Positions 1 through 9,847 of a stretch of DNA of 64,000 nt are shown in pieces. Below the pieces are notes generated by a model. The model searched no databases. It was not told the DNA's origin and saw only the letters and a program-made list of their open reading frames with translations. Each line of letters opens with the position of its first letter. The first letter of the stretch is position 1. The translations under genes were made by a program, and so were the position numbers. The stretch covers positions 1 to 64,000 of the forward strand of contig JBGCFM010000143.1 in NCBI GenBank assembly GCA_045106895.1. Direction: 5' to 3'. This stretch comes from Polyangiales bacterium (GTDB lineage: Bacteria > Myxococcota_A > Polyangia > Polyangiales > Houyiibacteriaceae).

Positions 1-2
1 CG

Positions 3-125
3 CAGGAAGCCGTCGCGAAGATCGACGAGCTTCGCGAGACCGAAGAGGGTCGTTCTGTGTGGACAAACTTCTCACGTGAAGCACTGCCGATTCAGGCACG
101 CCTTCGCGCACGCGCAGGCAACTAG
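3..125 (+). CDS. C-terminal end of a gene entering from the left edge (hypothetical)
   Basis: Open frame from position 3 reads QEAVAKIDELRETEEGRSVWTNFSREALPIQARLRARAGN to TAG at 123-125, with GC-rich codon usage and the same direction as the next gene. Confidence 0.55.
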   Translation, partial: QEAVAKIDELRETEEGRSVWTNFSREALPIQARLRARAGN

Positions 126-171
126 CACCCGTGAACAACACCCATAGATCCTCGAACGTTCGGAGCGGTGC

Positions 172-2097
172 GTGATTCGGCTTGAGGTTCTTTCAGGCGG
201 GAGCGAGGGCGCCACGCTAGAAACTGAGGCGGACCTGGTCCGCCTTGGTCGCTCGGACACCAGCGAACTGGTGCTAGCGGACCACCACGTCAGTGGTGAG
301 CACGCCTCCATCGTCTTCAACGGTCACGGTTACGTCCTTCGCGATCACCACAGCACAAACGGCACGCGGGTCGCCCGCGGCGAAGATGTGGTGGCCCTCG
401 AGCAACAACAGGGCCGTGAGCTGCCACTGCAGAGCGGCGATATCATCGAGCTCGGTGAGCGAAGCGGCGCGGTGAAAGTGGCCGTCGCCGTGGATGAGGA
501 AGAGGATGATGCGGCCATCGTCTCCGTGCGCCAGCTCGCGGACTTCGACGAGGTGCAGCGCGAGGCGCCACGTGAGCTTCTTCAAAAGCTCTACGAGGCG
601 CAGAAGGGCATAAGCACCGCCGTCGATTTGGACGAAGTTCTGTCCGCCGTCTCCGAACAAGTATTCGCGTTTCTACCGCGTGCCACGCACGTCACCGTCG
701 CGCTTCGCGAAGCTGATGATGAGGGGCGCTCTAAGAAGTCTTCTCGGTACATCCCTGTGGGCTCCCGCGTACGAGGCGGAGCCGCCGGCGAGATCATCCC
801 GATCACGCGGAGCGTGTTCAAGAAGGTCGTCAAAGATCGCGCCGCCGTGTTGGCTGCCGACGCGCGCTCGGAGGTGGGAGAGACCGCTTCGCTCATGGCC
901 GCGAAGATTCTATCGACGATCGGCGTGCCCCTGTGGGAAGGCGAGCAGATCATCGGCGTGCTCCAGGTGGACAACCGCGCCGCGAAGGGCATCTTCAAGG
1001 AGGGAGACCTCGATATTCTCGGCCTCCTGGCTCAGAGTTCGAGCCAGGCCTTCGCGCGGGCGCGATTGGTCGCTCGACTACGTGTCGCGGAAGAGCGCCA
1101 GCGCACCGAGAATGTCTACCTGAAACGTCGCGAAGAGCGACGCCGCTTCGACGGGATCATCGGCGAGAGCAAGCCGATGAAGTCGCTCTTTGAGCAGCTT
1201 CGGAAGGTCGTCGACACTCGCGTCACGGTTCTCATCGAAGGCGAAACAGGTACGGGCAAAGAGCTCGTCGCCAGCGCCGTGCACTACTGGTCCAATCGGC
1301 GGGAGAAACTCTTCGTCGCGCAGAACTGCGCGGCGATGCCTGAGAACCTTCTTGAGAGTGAGCTCTTCGGTCATAAGCGAGGCGCCTTCACCGGCGCGAC
1401 CGACGACAAGAAGGGGCTCTTTGAGCTCGCTCATCAGGGGACGCTCTTCCTCGACGAAGTCGGCGAGATGGCTCTGAGCCTCCAGGCGAAGCTCCTTCGA
1501 GTGCTTCAGGAAGGCGAGATTCGACCCGTTGGTGCGAGTCGCACAATGCGCGTCGACACGCGAATCGTCGCGGCTACAAACCGTGACCTCGAGCTGGAGG
1601 TGAAGGAAGGTCGCTTCCGCGAAGACCTCTACTATCGCCTCAAGGTGTTCCCGCTGAGGCTTCCGCCGCTCCGCGAACGTGGGCGCGATATATCGATGCT
1701 CGCGGGCCATTTCCTCAAGCGCTACACCGAAGAGTTTGGTCGCCGAGTGGAAGGTTTTAGCCAAGCGGCGATGGAAATCATGATGCAGCACGAGTGGCCC
1801 GGGAATGTCCGAGAACTCGAAAACGAGGTGCAGCGCCTCGTGATTCAGGTCGAAGGGGAAGGCTTCGTAGAGCCGCAACACCTGAGTGAGCGCGTCAGCG
1901 CCGGCAGCGGTTCGGCGCGCAAGGTGCGCACCGGCGGCATCCACGGAACCCTGCGGCAGATGGTAGAAGAGTTCGAAAAAGCGGTCCTCGCGGAAGCTCT
2001 CGCCGACCATGACAACAACAAGACCGCGACCGCGAAGACGCTGAGCATCACCCGCGAGGGTCTCCACAAGAAGTTGAAAAACTACGGCATGGCATGA
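172..2097 (+). CDS. FHA-GAF sigma54-dependent transcriptional activator (bEBP) with Fis-type HTH
   Basis: FHA motifs (LGRS..S..VSGEHA..STNGT), GAF region, Walker A GETGTGKE, GAFTGA, Walker B LFLDEV, WPGNVRELEN and a C-terminal HTH (NKTATAKTLSITREGLHKKL). Confidence 0.93.
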   Translation: MIRLEVLSGGSEGATLETEADLVRLGRSDTSELVLADHHVSGEHASIVFNGHGYVLRDHHSTNGTRVARGEDVVALEQQQGRELPLQSGDIIELGERSGAVKVAVAVDEEEDDAAIVSVRQLADFDEVQREAPRELLQKLYEAQKGISTAVDLDEVLSAVSEQVFAFLPRATHVTVALREADDEGRSKKSSRYIPVGSRVRGGAAGEIIPITRSVFKKVVKDRAAVLAADARSEVGETASLMAAKILSTIGVPLWEGEQIIGVLQVDNRAAKGIFKEGDLDILGLLAQSSSQAFARARLVARLRVAEERQRTENVYLKRREERRRFDGIIGESKPMKSLFEQLRKVVDTRVTVLIEGETGTGKELVASAVHYWSNRREKLFVAQNCAAMPENLLESELFGHKRGAFTGATDDKKGLFELAHQGTLFLDEVGEMALSLQAKLLRVLQEGEIRPVGASRTMRVDTRIVAATNRDLELEVKEGRFREDLYYRLKVFPLRLPPLRERGRDISMLAGHFLKRYTEEFGRRVEGFSQAAMEIMMQHEWPGNVRELENEVQRLVIQVEGEGFVEPQHLSERVSAGSGSARKVRTGGIHGTLRQMVEEFEKAVLAEALADHDNNKTATAKTLSITREGLHKKLKNYGMA

Positions 2098-2140
2098 TGG
2101 GGGTGTCCGATGAACGTGCAGCTCTCACGGACGAACCTTG

Positions 2141-2320
2141 ATGTCGCGCCTGCGCGAGGCGGGAGGCGGCCTACTGCTTTGTGGGGCTTTCGCCGCCATC
2201 GTTCGTTCCGTGATGCACCTGCAGACCCACGACTTCGTCTCTTCGCTCATCATGTGCGTGATCGGGCTCGCACTCTTGGGCGCGGGCCTCGAAGCCTTAC
2301 GCCCTTCTATTGGGGAGTAG
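2141..2320 (+). CDS. small membrane protein with two predicted TM helices (hypothetical)
   Basis: 59-aa ORF with two hydrophobic stretches (GGGLLLCGAFAAIV; SSLIMCVIGLALLGAGL) filling the gap in a co-directional gene run. Confidence 0.5.
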   Translation: MSRLREAGGGLLLCGAFAAIVRSVMHLQTHDFVSSLIMCVIGLALLGAGLEALRPSIGE

Positions 2321-2826
2321 CCCTAACGCTCATCGCGTGTGGCGGGAGCGTTACGTCAGAGCCGACAAGGGCTGGTGAACAGGTCGCTCGCGTTGATGGG
2401 GAGGTCATTCTCGCCATCGATGTTGAGGCTTGGGCCGCGGAGTACGGAGTGGGTCGAGAGGCGGCCCTCGGCGCGCTCATCGATGAGGCACTGCTTGTCG
2501 CCGAAGCGCGTCGCCGTGGCCACCGACCTGAACGAAGCGTGACCCGCCGCGCGGCGGTACAGGAGATCCTCAGTGATATCGAAGGCGAGCTGCCATCGTC
2601 GGAGGTGACCCGCGAAGCCATTCGAACGGAGTACGAGAGCGTCAGCCAACAGATGAGCGAGAGCAATGCCAACGTGGTGATGCCCTCGCTGGAAGATTCG
2701 GAAGACGAGATTCGTACAATGCTGGTCGGGCGAGCCCGTCTTGCGCTTCTCGAAGCCATGCTTGAGATGCCGACTCTCAACGAGGAACGTGTCTCAAGTC
2801 TCTTAACGCTGCCGGCCCTGGACTAA
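2254..2826 (+). CDS. lipoprotein with SurA/PrsA N-terminal-like chaperone region (no PPIase domain evident)
   Basis: Lipobox-like LTLIAC and VARVDGEVI...ALIDEALLVAEARRRG, typical of SurA_N-like domains. Start uncertain (GTG 2254 chosen; ORF track gives 2110). Confidence 0.55.
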   Translation: MRDRARTLGRGPRSLTPFYWGVALTLIACGGSVTSEPTRAGEQVARVDGEVILAIDVEAWAAEYGVGREAALGALIDEALLVAEARRRGHRPERSVTRRAAVQEILSDIEGELPSSEVTREAIRTEYESVSQQMSESNANVVMPSLEDSEDEIRTMLVGRARLALLEAMLEMPTLNEERVSSLLTLPALD

Positions 2827-3512
2827 TGGCTGGACGCTACAGCCCGAGCGGCTGGCCGCCGCCGCGTGAAATCCGGGACGAACCCGAACGAGACCAAATC
2901 GAGTCGAGCTTCACAGCCCCGCTTCGCCGCACTGTGCGGTGTCATAGTTCCGTGCTTGCAGCGCTCTTTGTCGACGCCGAGGGAGAGTGCGTCGACTACT
3001 GCAGCTGCATTGACCCCTACGATGCGAAGGTAGCGGGCGCGCAGATGCAGGTGAGCGTCGCGGAGGTGCGGCGTTTTGCGCGCCGGATTGGCGGAGGGCG
3101 CTCTGCTCTGACCGAGGTGGTTGGCGAGAGTCGCTGTTTTGTTCTTCGAGAGATCGGCGATGGTTACAGCGTCATTGTTGTTATCCAAGGTCGCTTGATC
3201 GATCAGGCGATTCTTGTGGCGACGGAGAAGTGCGCCTCGGTTCTTCGCTCGGAAGCGGGCCTGGCGACCCCGTCCTGGGACCCAAAGGGCATCCTGGAGG
3301 TCATTACTCGCGACGCTGTGGGGTGGGACTACGCTCCACTTGGATACGTGGAACACGGTGTCGTTCACAAGGTTCAAGACGTTCTCGGACGCTGGGAAGA
3401 AGATGGCGGGATCTCGGCGGGGAGCTTGGTGTGCTTTCGCGTTCGAAACGAGACCGGTGACGAGCTGACTCTGGCGCATGACGACGTAGAAAAGGCGTGG
3501 CTCCGCTGGTAG
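2826..3512 (+). CDS. Roadblock/LC7 (MglB/MglC-like) domain protein with an extra C-terminal beta domain
   Basis: SFTAPLRRTV...VLAALFVDAEGECVDY...REIGDGYSVIVV fits the roadblock pattern. C-terminal VQDVLGRWEE..CFRVR..GDELTLAHD...W resembles DUF6504-type domains. Start overlaps the upstream stop (TAATG). Confidence 0.65.
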   Translation: MAGRYSPSGWPPPREIRDEPERDQIESSFTAPLRRTVRCHSSVLAALFVDAEGECVDYCSCIDPYDAKVAGAQMQVSVAEVRRFARRIGGGRSALTEVVGESRCFVLREIGDGYSVIVVIQGRLIDQAILVATEKCASVLRSEAGLATPSWDPKGILEVITRDAVGWDYAPLGYVEHGVVHKVQDVLGRWEEDGGISAGSLVCFRVRNETGDELTLAHDDVEKAWLRW

Positions 3513-3564
3513 TGAGTCGGCGAAAGAGCTCTGATGGTTATCGACTTTTCCACGCGGGGATGCG

Positions 3565-3570
3565 TACGAT
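3565..3570 (+). promoter_or_regulatory. -10 hexamer TACGAT 6 nt before GTG 3577 (candidate leaderless promoter)
   Basis: TACGAT-agggcc-GTG, with no Shine-Dalgarno before the start. Confidence 0.45.
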
Positions 3571-3576
3571 AGGGCC

Positions 3577-4794
3577 GTGAGACGGTGCCCAGAGTGCGGA
3601 GCGAGTTACGAAGACGAGGTCTCCTTTTGCGGGGTGGACGGAAAGATCACTGTCGAGGTTCAGCCTCCTGACGATCACGACCCTCGTCTCGGAAACAAGC
3701 TCGGTGAGTACATCGTCGCTGCGCGCATCGCAGATGGCGGAATGGGTCGTGTTTACGAAGGACGACACCCAGATACAAAGAAGCGTGTGGCCATCAAAGT
3801 TCTCCACGCGAACATTGCCGAAGACGCTGTCGCCGTAGAGCGCTTCAAGCGCGAGTACGAGACCGCCGAGGAGTTCGACCACGCGAACATGGTCAAGGTT
3901 CATGAGTTTGGTGCGACGCCCGATGGCTCCCACTTCATGACGATGGAATACCTCGACGGGTCAGAGCTCAGCGGCGCCCTTGCGGACGGACCTTTCTCGC
4001 CCGCGCGAATCCTGCATGTGATGTCGCAGCTCGCCGATGGACTCGACTACGCTCATTCGTTCGGGGTCGTTCATCGAGATATGAAACCCGACAACGTCTT
4101 TCTCTGCCGCTCCGAGCGCGGTGACGTGGTGAAGCTGCTCGACTTTGGATCCGTGAAGTTGCAGATGGAAGTGGGCCCCAAGCTGACGGCCTTTGGTACC
4201 ACTCTTGGATCGCCCTACTACATGTCCCCGGAGCAGGCGATGGGGAAGCTCGACGTCGATCAGCGGACTGACGTGTTCGCCGCCGCCGCCATCGCGTGGG
4301 AGCTTGGCACCGGGAAAATCGCTTTCGATGGTGGGAACGTCGCGGAGATTCTCACAAAGATTGTTGGCGTAGACCCAGCGCCGCCCAGCACCCTCAACGA
4401 CAAACTGAGCGCGCGCTTCGACGCAGCCGTGCTCAGCGGGGTGAAGAAAGACAAGACCGAACGCCCCGCGAGTGCCGGAGCCCTCGCAGACGCCATCTTC
4501 AAAGCGTTTGGCCTGCTCGACCGGAGTGAGTGGGTTGGGAAACCGGTCTCGGAGCTGGAAGCCGCAATCGAAGGAACAACACCGCCGCCGCCATCCATCG
4601 CACCGCCGCCCAAAGCGGCACCCGCGCCGACACCCGATGCGTCTGCCGACGCCCTTCGGCCGACTGTGCCTATGGACGCGCCAGATGGACCTCTCGCTGA
4701 AGTGCCTGGTTCGAGTTCGAACACACTTCTTTGGGTGGGTGTCGGTGTGGTCGTCGTCGCGATTCTCGTCGTTGTCGCGGTTCTCTTTCTCTAA
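3577..4794 (+). CDS. Ser/Thr protein kinase (Hanks type) with N-terminal zinc-ribbon-like motif, Pro-rich linker and C-terminal TM anchor
   Basis: CPECG...FCGVDG; GGMGRVY, VAIKVL, HRDMKPDN, DFG, GSPYYMSPEQ; hydrophobic C-terminus. Confidence 0.93.
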   Translation: MRRCPECGASYEDEVSFCGVDGKITVEVQPPDDHDPRLGNKLGEYIVAARIADGGMGRVYEGRHPDTKKRVAIKVLHANIAEDAVAVERFKREYETAEEFDHANMVKVHEFGATPDGSHFMTMEYLDGSELSGALADGPFSPARILHVMSQLADGLDYAHSFGVVHRDMKPDNVFLCRSERGDVVKLLDFGSVKLQMEVGPKLTAFGTTLGSPYYMSPEQAMGKLDVDQRTDVFAAAAIAWELGTGKIAFDGGNVAEILTKIVGVDPAPPSTLNDKLSARFDAAVLSGVKKDKTERPASAGALADAIFKAFGLLDRSEWVGKPVSELEAAIEGTTPPPPSIAPPPKAAPAPTPDASADALRPTVPMDAPDGPLAEVPGSSSNTLLWVGVGVVVVAILVVVAVLFL

Positions 4795-4821
4795 GCCTGG
4801 CTTGGTCTCGGCGTTCGTCGA

Positions 4822-4848
4822 CGTAGCGGACCCTAAGGTCGCGCTACG
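4822..4848. terminator. hairpin between convergent genes; minus-strand stop codon lies in the loop
   Basis: CGTAGCG-GACC-ctaa-GGTC-g-CGCTACG. Confidence 0.45.
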
Positions 4849-6713
4849 AGGGCGTCGGCCTGAAACATCAGGACCTCGGGGCCACGGAGCGGCGTTCGCT
4901 CAGTGGAGAAGCCGCCGAGGCTAGTGACCGGAGCGAGGGCGCTCTGACCTTCGAGGGAAGCGCGCGTCGCTGCACGACCGGCGTCGCCGCCTTGCCGCGA
5001 CGCTTGGAGGGCAAGCGCCAGCGCGTCAAAAGCGACGGCTGCGAATAGACTCGGGGGTCGTCCGTATTGTTCCTCGAAGAGCGTCGCGAATTCTTGCGAC
5101 TCATCGCTCAAAGTGGTGTCGTAGGTCCGCGCGACGAACGCGCCTTGCAGGTATCGGTGGCTCGAGCGCATCGCCGACGCGTTGCTGAATGCAACGCTCG
5201 GCAAGAGAAGTCGAATGGCTCGCGCATCACGAGCGCGGGAAGGAACAGTCCCGTCGGCGGACGACCAGAGTCCGGCCGCAGCGAGAGCCGGAGCGATAAG
5301 TGCGATGCGCGACGCCGAGTCAGGTATCAGGAGAGCGTCAAACTCTTGTCCACGAAGCGCCGTCATAGGCTCGCGGAACGAGGTCACGCTGGGGTCGTAC
5401 TCGACGTCCGCCGCCAGCGTCATGCCCAGGCTCTGGAGGACCTGCGTGAGGGCCTGGTGAGCGCGCTGGCCAAAGCCGTTCGACGGCCGAAGAAGCGCGA
5501 CTCGCGATGCGCCGCTGGACTGAGCTGCCATGACCAACGCTCGAAGCTCTTCGCCAAACGTGGGCAACAAGCGAAAGATGTGATCCCCGATAGCCGTCAT
5601 TTCCGAATCCGGCGCCAGGGAGATGTACGGGACGCCGAGTTCTTCGGCACGACGCGCCGCGGCTCGGCTTGATTCGGTGGCCGGGGGCCCAACGATGGCC
5701 GTGACGCGATGAACCGTTACCAGGTCGTTGACAGCCGCCTCAGCGCGAGTGGCATCTCCGGCGCTGTCTCGAAAGAAGATGCGCGGCGAATCGGGCCCAG
5801 GGGGCGAACCGGGAGGCAGGGAAGCGCCGAGCATCATGGCTTGCAGCGCCAGCTGGCCGACTTCGCGACTACGACCTGAGAGAGGCAGGATCGCGCCGAT
5901 TGCTCGCGGGTCGGCTTGGCCCGTGCGGTCGGCGCGAAGCGTCATCGCTCTCAGCTCGGGCTCGAGTTCGACGTCAGCGTCGGCCAACTCCAGCGCCACG
6001 CTGCGGACTGTGTCCAAGTCACCACTCTCGTAGGCTTCTCGAAGCGAACGAACGGCAACAATGGGCCATGCTTCTCCAGCGCGGGGCAGGGTGCTCCGCA
6101 TCACCTGAAGCTCATCGATGGTGGCCTCGCGAACGAGGACCCCGATGCGGCCTCTCGCTTCTGCTTTGTCATCTTCCGGCGCGGCTTCTTGGACCAGCGC
6201 GTTGTAGGCTTCGACGGCCAACGCGCGTTCGCCAAGCCGCTCGTGTGCCGCGCCCAAAGTTCGATAGAGCAGCGACGTGTCTTCGGGCGCAATCGTTCGG
6301 CCACGCAGCGGCTGTAGCGATTCCACGGCTTCGGAGTGGCGGCCTTCGAGGTGGCTTGTCACGCCGAGAAAAAACCGGCCGCGCTCTGCCACAGACTCAT
6401 CTGGATGTGTCGACACCTTCGTAAAGAGGTCTCGGCTTTCTGCATACTCGCCTCGGGCCAACAGCAGTCGGCCTAGTCGCAGCGAGGCCACGGCGGCGAG
6501 GGGGTCTTGGGCATGGGCCTGGAGGAAGGCGCGGTAACGCCGCACGGCGCCCTCATCATCCCCGGCGGCTTCCCGTTCCTGCGCCTCATCGAGTTCGCTG
6601 GACGCAACGGGGTCATCCGACACGATAAGCGGGAGCGTGGGCGAAGGTTGCGTTTTGGGGCAACCGAGGAGCGCGCAGAGGAGCGCCAGGAGCATGACTA
6701 ACGCGCGGCTCAT
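4833..6713 (-). CDS. LpoA-like lipoprotein (TPR repeats plus periplasmic-binding-protein type 1 domain), putative PBP activator
   Basis: Lipobox LLGC after MSRALVMLLALL; TPR helices; IGAILPLSG, IVGP and FDALLIPD motifs of LppC/Peripla_BP_6. ATG 6713 preferred over 6797. Confidence 0.8.
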   Translation of the reverse strand: MSRALVMLLALLCALLGCPKTQPSPTLPLIVSDDPVASSELDEAQEREAAGDDEGAVRRYRAFLQAHAQDPLAAVASLRLGRLLLARGEYAESRDLFTKVSTHPDESVAERGRFFLGVTSHLEGRHSEAVESLQPLRGRTIAPEDTSLLYRTLGAAHERLGERALAVEAYNALVQEAAPEDDKAEARGRIGVLVREATIDELQVMRSTLPRAGEAWPIVAVRSLREAYESGDLDTVRSVALELADADVELEPELRAMTLRADRTGQADPRAIGAILPLSGRSREVGQLALQAMMLGASLPPGSPPGPDSPRIFFRDSAGDATRAEAAVNDLVTVHRVTAIVGPPATESSRAAARRAEELGVPYISLAPDSEMTAIGDHIFRLLPTFGEELRALVMAAQSSGASRVALLRPSNGFGQRAHQALTQVLQSLGMTLAADVEYDPSVTSFREPMTALRGQEFDALLIPDSASRIALIAPALAAAGLWSSADGTVPSRARDARAIRLLLPSVAFSNASAMRSSHRYLQGAFVARTYDTTLSDESQEFATLFEEQYGRPPSLFAAVAFDALALALQASRQGGDAGRAATRASLEGQSALAPVTSLGGFSTERTPLRGPEVLMFQADALVARP

Positions 6714-6846
6714 CTCTTCGACTCGTGGATCGTGGGTCCAGGCTCTTGGGGCATACGAACCCATCGTAGCCCTAACAACTTGAATCGAGGCGCCCATTCC
6801 CCCTTCGATGCCATCGAAGGGACGAAATAGGCAAGTTCCTGAAGGG

Positions 6847-8985
6847 TCATCGCCGGAAGGTCAGGGTGAGCTGCTCACGTGCTCCGCGCGTGTTTCCGGG
6901 GAAGGGCTGCGAACGGATGAGGGTGCCAATGCAGGTTTCAAGGCGTGCGGGAAGCACGCTAAGAGAACGAATGCTGCCGTCGCCTTCCAGCCCAATAGCA
7001 ACACGAGCGGACTGAGCGTGTCGCGCGTCGCTGGAGATACACGCTCGAATCTGTGCGACGACAGGAGCGAGGACCTCCATGGCGCTCGCCTGGGTGGTGG
7101 CGCTTGGAGGACCGGTGTCGGCCTCCGCTTCCCCTTCGCCGGACGTCGCCTCCGTCTCACCGTTCGCCTCCGCTTCGGCAGCGGCCTCCGCCTCGAGGGC
7201 CGCACGCCAGGCGTCCAAGACCTCGTTCATTTGACCGCGAGCAGGGCCCGGGGCGAGAGGGTCCTCCGCCAAAGCTACCAGGAAATCCTCGGCTTCTTCG
7301 CCTTCGGCGCTCAGCACGATGGACGTGGCGATGGACAGAGACTGAAGCATGGAGTCCGTGCGCGCGTCGGCGTGGTACGTCCGAAGCCACGATTTGATGT
7401 TCGACAGGGAACTCTCGGCGCCGAGAGTCTTGAGCGCTTCGAACAGAGCTGGCAGCGCCTCCTCGGGCGTCTGTGGGTCCTCGATGTGGCTCCAAATCAA
7501 CGGCCCCGCAGCGCGCGCCTCCATCGCGCTCGCCGCCGTCGCGAGCTCCACGACCGGTGGAGCTACCTGGTCGTCCAAGAAACTCGCGTGCCGCTCAAGC
7601 GCGTGAAGGACGGCGCCCTGTCCGCTCGTTCGGGTGCTCAGACGTGTGCAAGCGTCGCTCTTCACCGCCGGGGGCGTACGCGGGTTGTCGCATACGGCGA
7701 GCAGCTGAGCGGTGACTTCTTCGCCTTCGACGCCAGACATGAGCCCAAGGGCGAAGCGGCGAGCCGGAACGAGGCGACTGTCTGTGCTCTGCGCCGCCGC
7801 CGAAAGCTGCTCGGCGATGGTGCCCGGCTCCGCCGATGGCGTTGCGGGTGGTACGAAGCTGCCCGGCCGAATCGCCACGGAGGTTGGTGTTTGGTCGACA
7901 TGCGCAGTCCAAGCCTGTTGGCCACGTGCGTTGATGAACGCGAACCCGCCACCCTGGTCTGCGATGATCAGGCCACCACGGACCGCGTGAGCACCCACGA
8001 TATCCTCTGAGTGTTCGTAGACAAAATGCACGCCTTCTGCGTCTTCCGGGGTGAGCCCAAATACGAATCGGTAGAACGAGAGGTAGAGCCGCTCATCCGC
8101 AAATCCAACGTTCTCCGCGCTTCCATCGGCGAGCCAGTCCAAACGAATCTTGTGCACGGCGCTCGCGGGTCCAGCTGCGGGTGCGTAGGGGTCGGGCATG
8201 AACGATGGCTCACCTGGGTAGGTGCGTTCTGCGGCCTCCGCGAAGGCGCTTCCGTCCGCTGTGCCTGCGACGGTGGACGGCGTGAGGCGGAACACCCCTC
8301 GCTGTCCGAAGTATATGTTGCCGTCCTGGTGGTAGGCGCGCCCAATGGGGCGGTCGGTGATTCGAACGCGGGCGATTTCATCGCCGGACCCGGCGTCGAG
8401 AACCGAGAGGTTCTGGGTTGCCCATGGGACGAAGACCATGCCAGCGGTCACCGTCGGTGCGCCAAGTGTCTGTTCCATATCGCGCTCCATGGACACGCTG
8501 CCGCCACGAACGACGACCAGTTTCGAGCGGGCGCCGACGCCGCCGCCGGTGGAGAGCGCGAAGGCGGCATCTGACCCATCACCCCCGCCGCCGGTGAGGT
8601 ACATAGCCTCGTCTTCAACTTCGAACAGCTCGCGCCCATCGCGGACGGAATACCCAACGACGCCGCGCGCCTGGTGAAGAAGGACGTAGTCTCCCGCGAT
8701 GACGGGTGCGCTCGCGGGCGCGCCGGTCTCAATGTCCCAACGTTTCTCGCCGGTGCGAAGATCGACGACAAAGAGGTGGTGCGGGCTCGTGGTGATGCCT
8801 GCCGCGATGGGGTCTGCCTCTCCAGCACGCTGACTCGCGAGCCGGTCGAGAACCACCTGAACGCTGGCTTCTTGGTTGTCGGGATACACCGGAGAGAATG
8901 CGTTGCCGCCACCACAAGCCGGCAGGACCGAGGCGCTAAGGACGCACGCGCACGCGGCGAGAAAAGAAGGGGTTCGGTTCTTCAT
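6847..8985 (-). CDS. lipoprotein with PQQ-like beta-propeller, HEAT-like repeats and a C-terminal AgmX/PglI (TonB-C-like) domain
   Basis: Lipobox LPAC; repeated DLRTGEKRW / SVRDGRELF / LDAGSGDEI blades; helical middle; acidic linker; C-terminal QIRAC...IGLEGDGSI...LETCI...PFP pattern. Confidence 0.7.
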   Translation of the reverse strand: MKNRTPSFLAACACVLSASVLPACGGGNAFSPVYPDNQEASVQVVLDRLASQRAGEADPIAAGITTSPHHLFVVDLRTGEKRWDIETGAPASAPVIAGDYVLLHQARGVVGYSVRDGRELFEVEDEAMYLTGGGGDGSDAAFALSTGGGVGARSKLVVVRGGSVSMERDMEQTLGAPTVTAGMVFVPWATQNLSVLDAGSGDEIARVRITDRPIGRAYHQDGNIYFGQRGVFRLTPSTVAGTADGSAFAEAAERTYPGEPSFMPDPYAPAAGPASAVHKIRLDWLADGSAENVGFADERLYLSFYRFVFGLTPEDAEGVHFVYEHSEDIVGAHAVRGGLIIADQGGGFAFINARGQQAWTAHVDQTPTSVAIRPGSFVPPATPSAEPGTIAEQLSAAAQSTDSRLVPARRFALGLMSGVEGEEVTAQLLAVCDNPRTPPAVKSDACTRLSTRTSGQGAVLHALERHASFLDDQVAPPVVELATAASAMEARAAGPLIWSHIEDPQTPEEALPALFEALKTLGAESSLSNIKSWLRTYHADARTDSMLQSLSIATSIVLSAEGEEAEDFLVALAEDPLAPGPARGQMNEVLDAWRAALEAEAAAEAEANGETEATSGEGEAEADTGPPSATTQASAMEVLAPVVAQIRACISSDARHAQSARVAIGLEGDGSIRSLSVLPARLETCIGTLIRSQPFPGNTRGAREQLTLTFRR

Positions 8986-9752
8986 TGGATTCCCTCCGAG
9001 GCGTCTTGTGCGGCGTTCTGAATCTCGCCCGGGGGGAGCGATGAAGCGAGGTCCATGAGATAGTCACGGACGCCGGTTGTCGCGAGTTCTCCGAGCCGGT
9101 GGATGAGAGCGATTTTGGTCGCCGCGGGAACGTCATTGCGGGCAAACACCTCTTGAAAAGCAGGTGTCAGCGTGTCGAAGGAGACACGTCCGAGATAGGA
9201 GAAGAAGCGCTCAAGCTCGTCGCCACGGGCGAGCTGTCCGATGGCCTGCGCTGCTTCGAGGACCCGTCGGTCGAGGGCGAGGAAAAGCCGGTCCACGTGT
9301 GCGCGTGCGCCGAGTGAGCCAAGGGCGATGGCGGCGGCACCTCGAACCTGTGGCTCGCCGTCGTTGAGGGCCAGTGCGATGGGGCCCGTGTCGCGGGGAC
9401 GAAGGGCTACGAGTCCCTGGAGCGCCGCGAGGCGGATCTCGACGCGTCGGTGCCGGAGGTGGGCAATGAACGTCGCCGCAGCTTCGGGCCGTTCGAGGGC
9501 CGCGAGGCTGCTAAGCGCAGACTCGAGAAGCGCGCTTGGGAGCCCTGCCTGGATACGGGTGATGAGCGGCCGGGCGGCGCGAGAGCCAAGTCCAGCCATG
9601 GCCTCAAGCCCCATGTTCACTTCGTCGCGATCCGTGGAATCCAGCATGGCCGTGGCCTCACGGATGCGTAACTGTGCGGATGCTCCGGCACTGGTAAAAA
9701 GTGCGAGCGCCACAGCGCCAGCACAGAGCATTTGCGTTCGAAATGTCGACAT
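8982..9752 (-). CDS. exported HEAT-repeat protein
   Basis: Signal peptide (ASA-Q), HEAT motifs (LRHRRVEIRLAALQGL; LNDGEPQVRGAAAIALG), GGGGAG RBS and a 4-bp overlap with the downstream gene. Confidence 0.75.
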   Translation of the reverse strand: MSTFRTQMLCAGAVALALFTSAGASAQLRIREATAMLDSTDRDEVNMGLEAMAGLGSRAARPLITRIQAGLPSALLESALSSLAALERPEAAATFIAHLRHRRVEIRLAALQGLVALRPRDTGPIALALNDGEPQVRGAAAIALGSLGARAHVDRLFLALDRRVLEAAQAIGQLARGDELERFFSYLGRVSFDTLTPAFQEVFARNDVPAATKIALIHRLGELATTGVRDYLMDLASSLPPGEIQNAAQDASEGIQ

Positions 9753-9847
9753 ATCTCCCCTTCACGCCAGTCGTATCGCGTGAGGCGGGCGGCGGCAAGG
9801 CAGGGCGAGCTTGCGCCGCGGCGCGCGTCTGTCAGGTTCGCACAAGC

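Noticed and set aside
6808..8010. Long alternative ORFs such as 6808-8010, 1078-2067, 16244-17389, 20109-21242, 28182-29213, 34002-35237, 53880-55118 and 59621-60688
   Set aside because: They are antisense to well-supported genes; long shadow ORFs are expected in high-GC DNA and these show no recognisable motifs.
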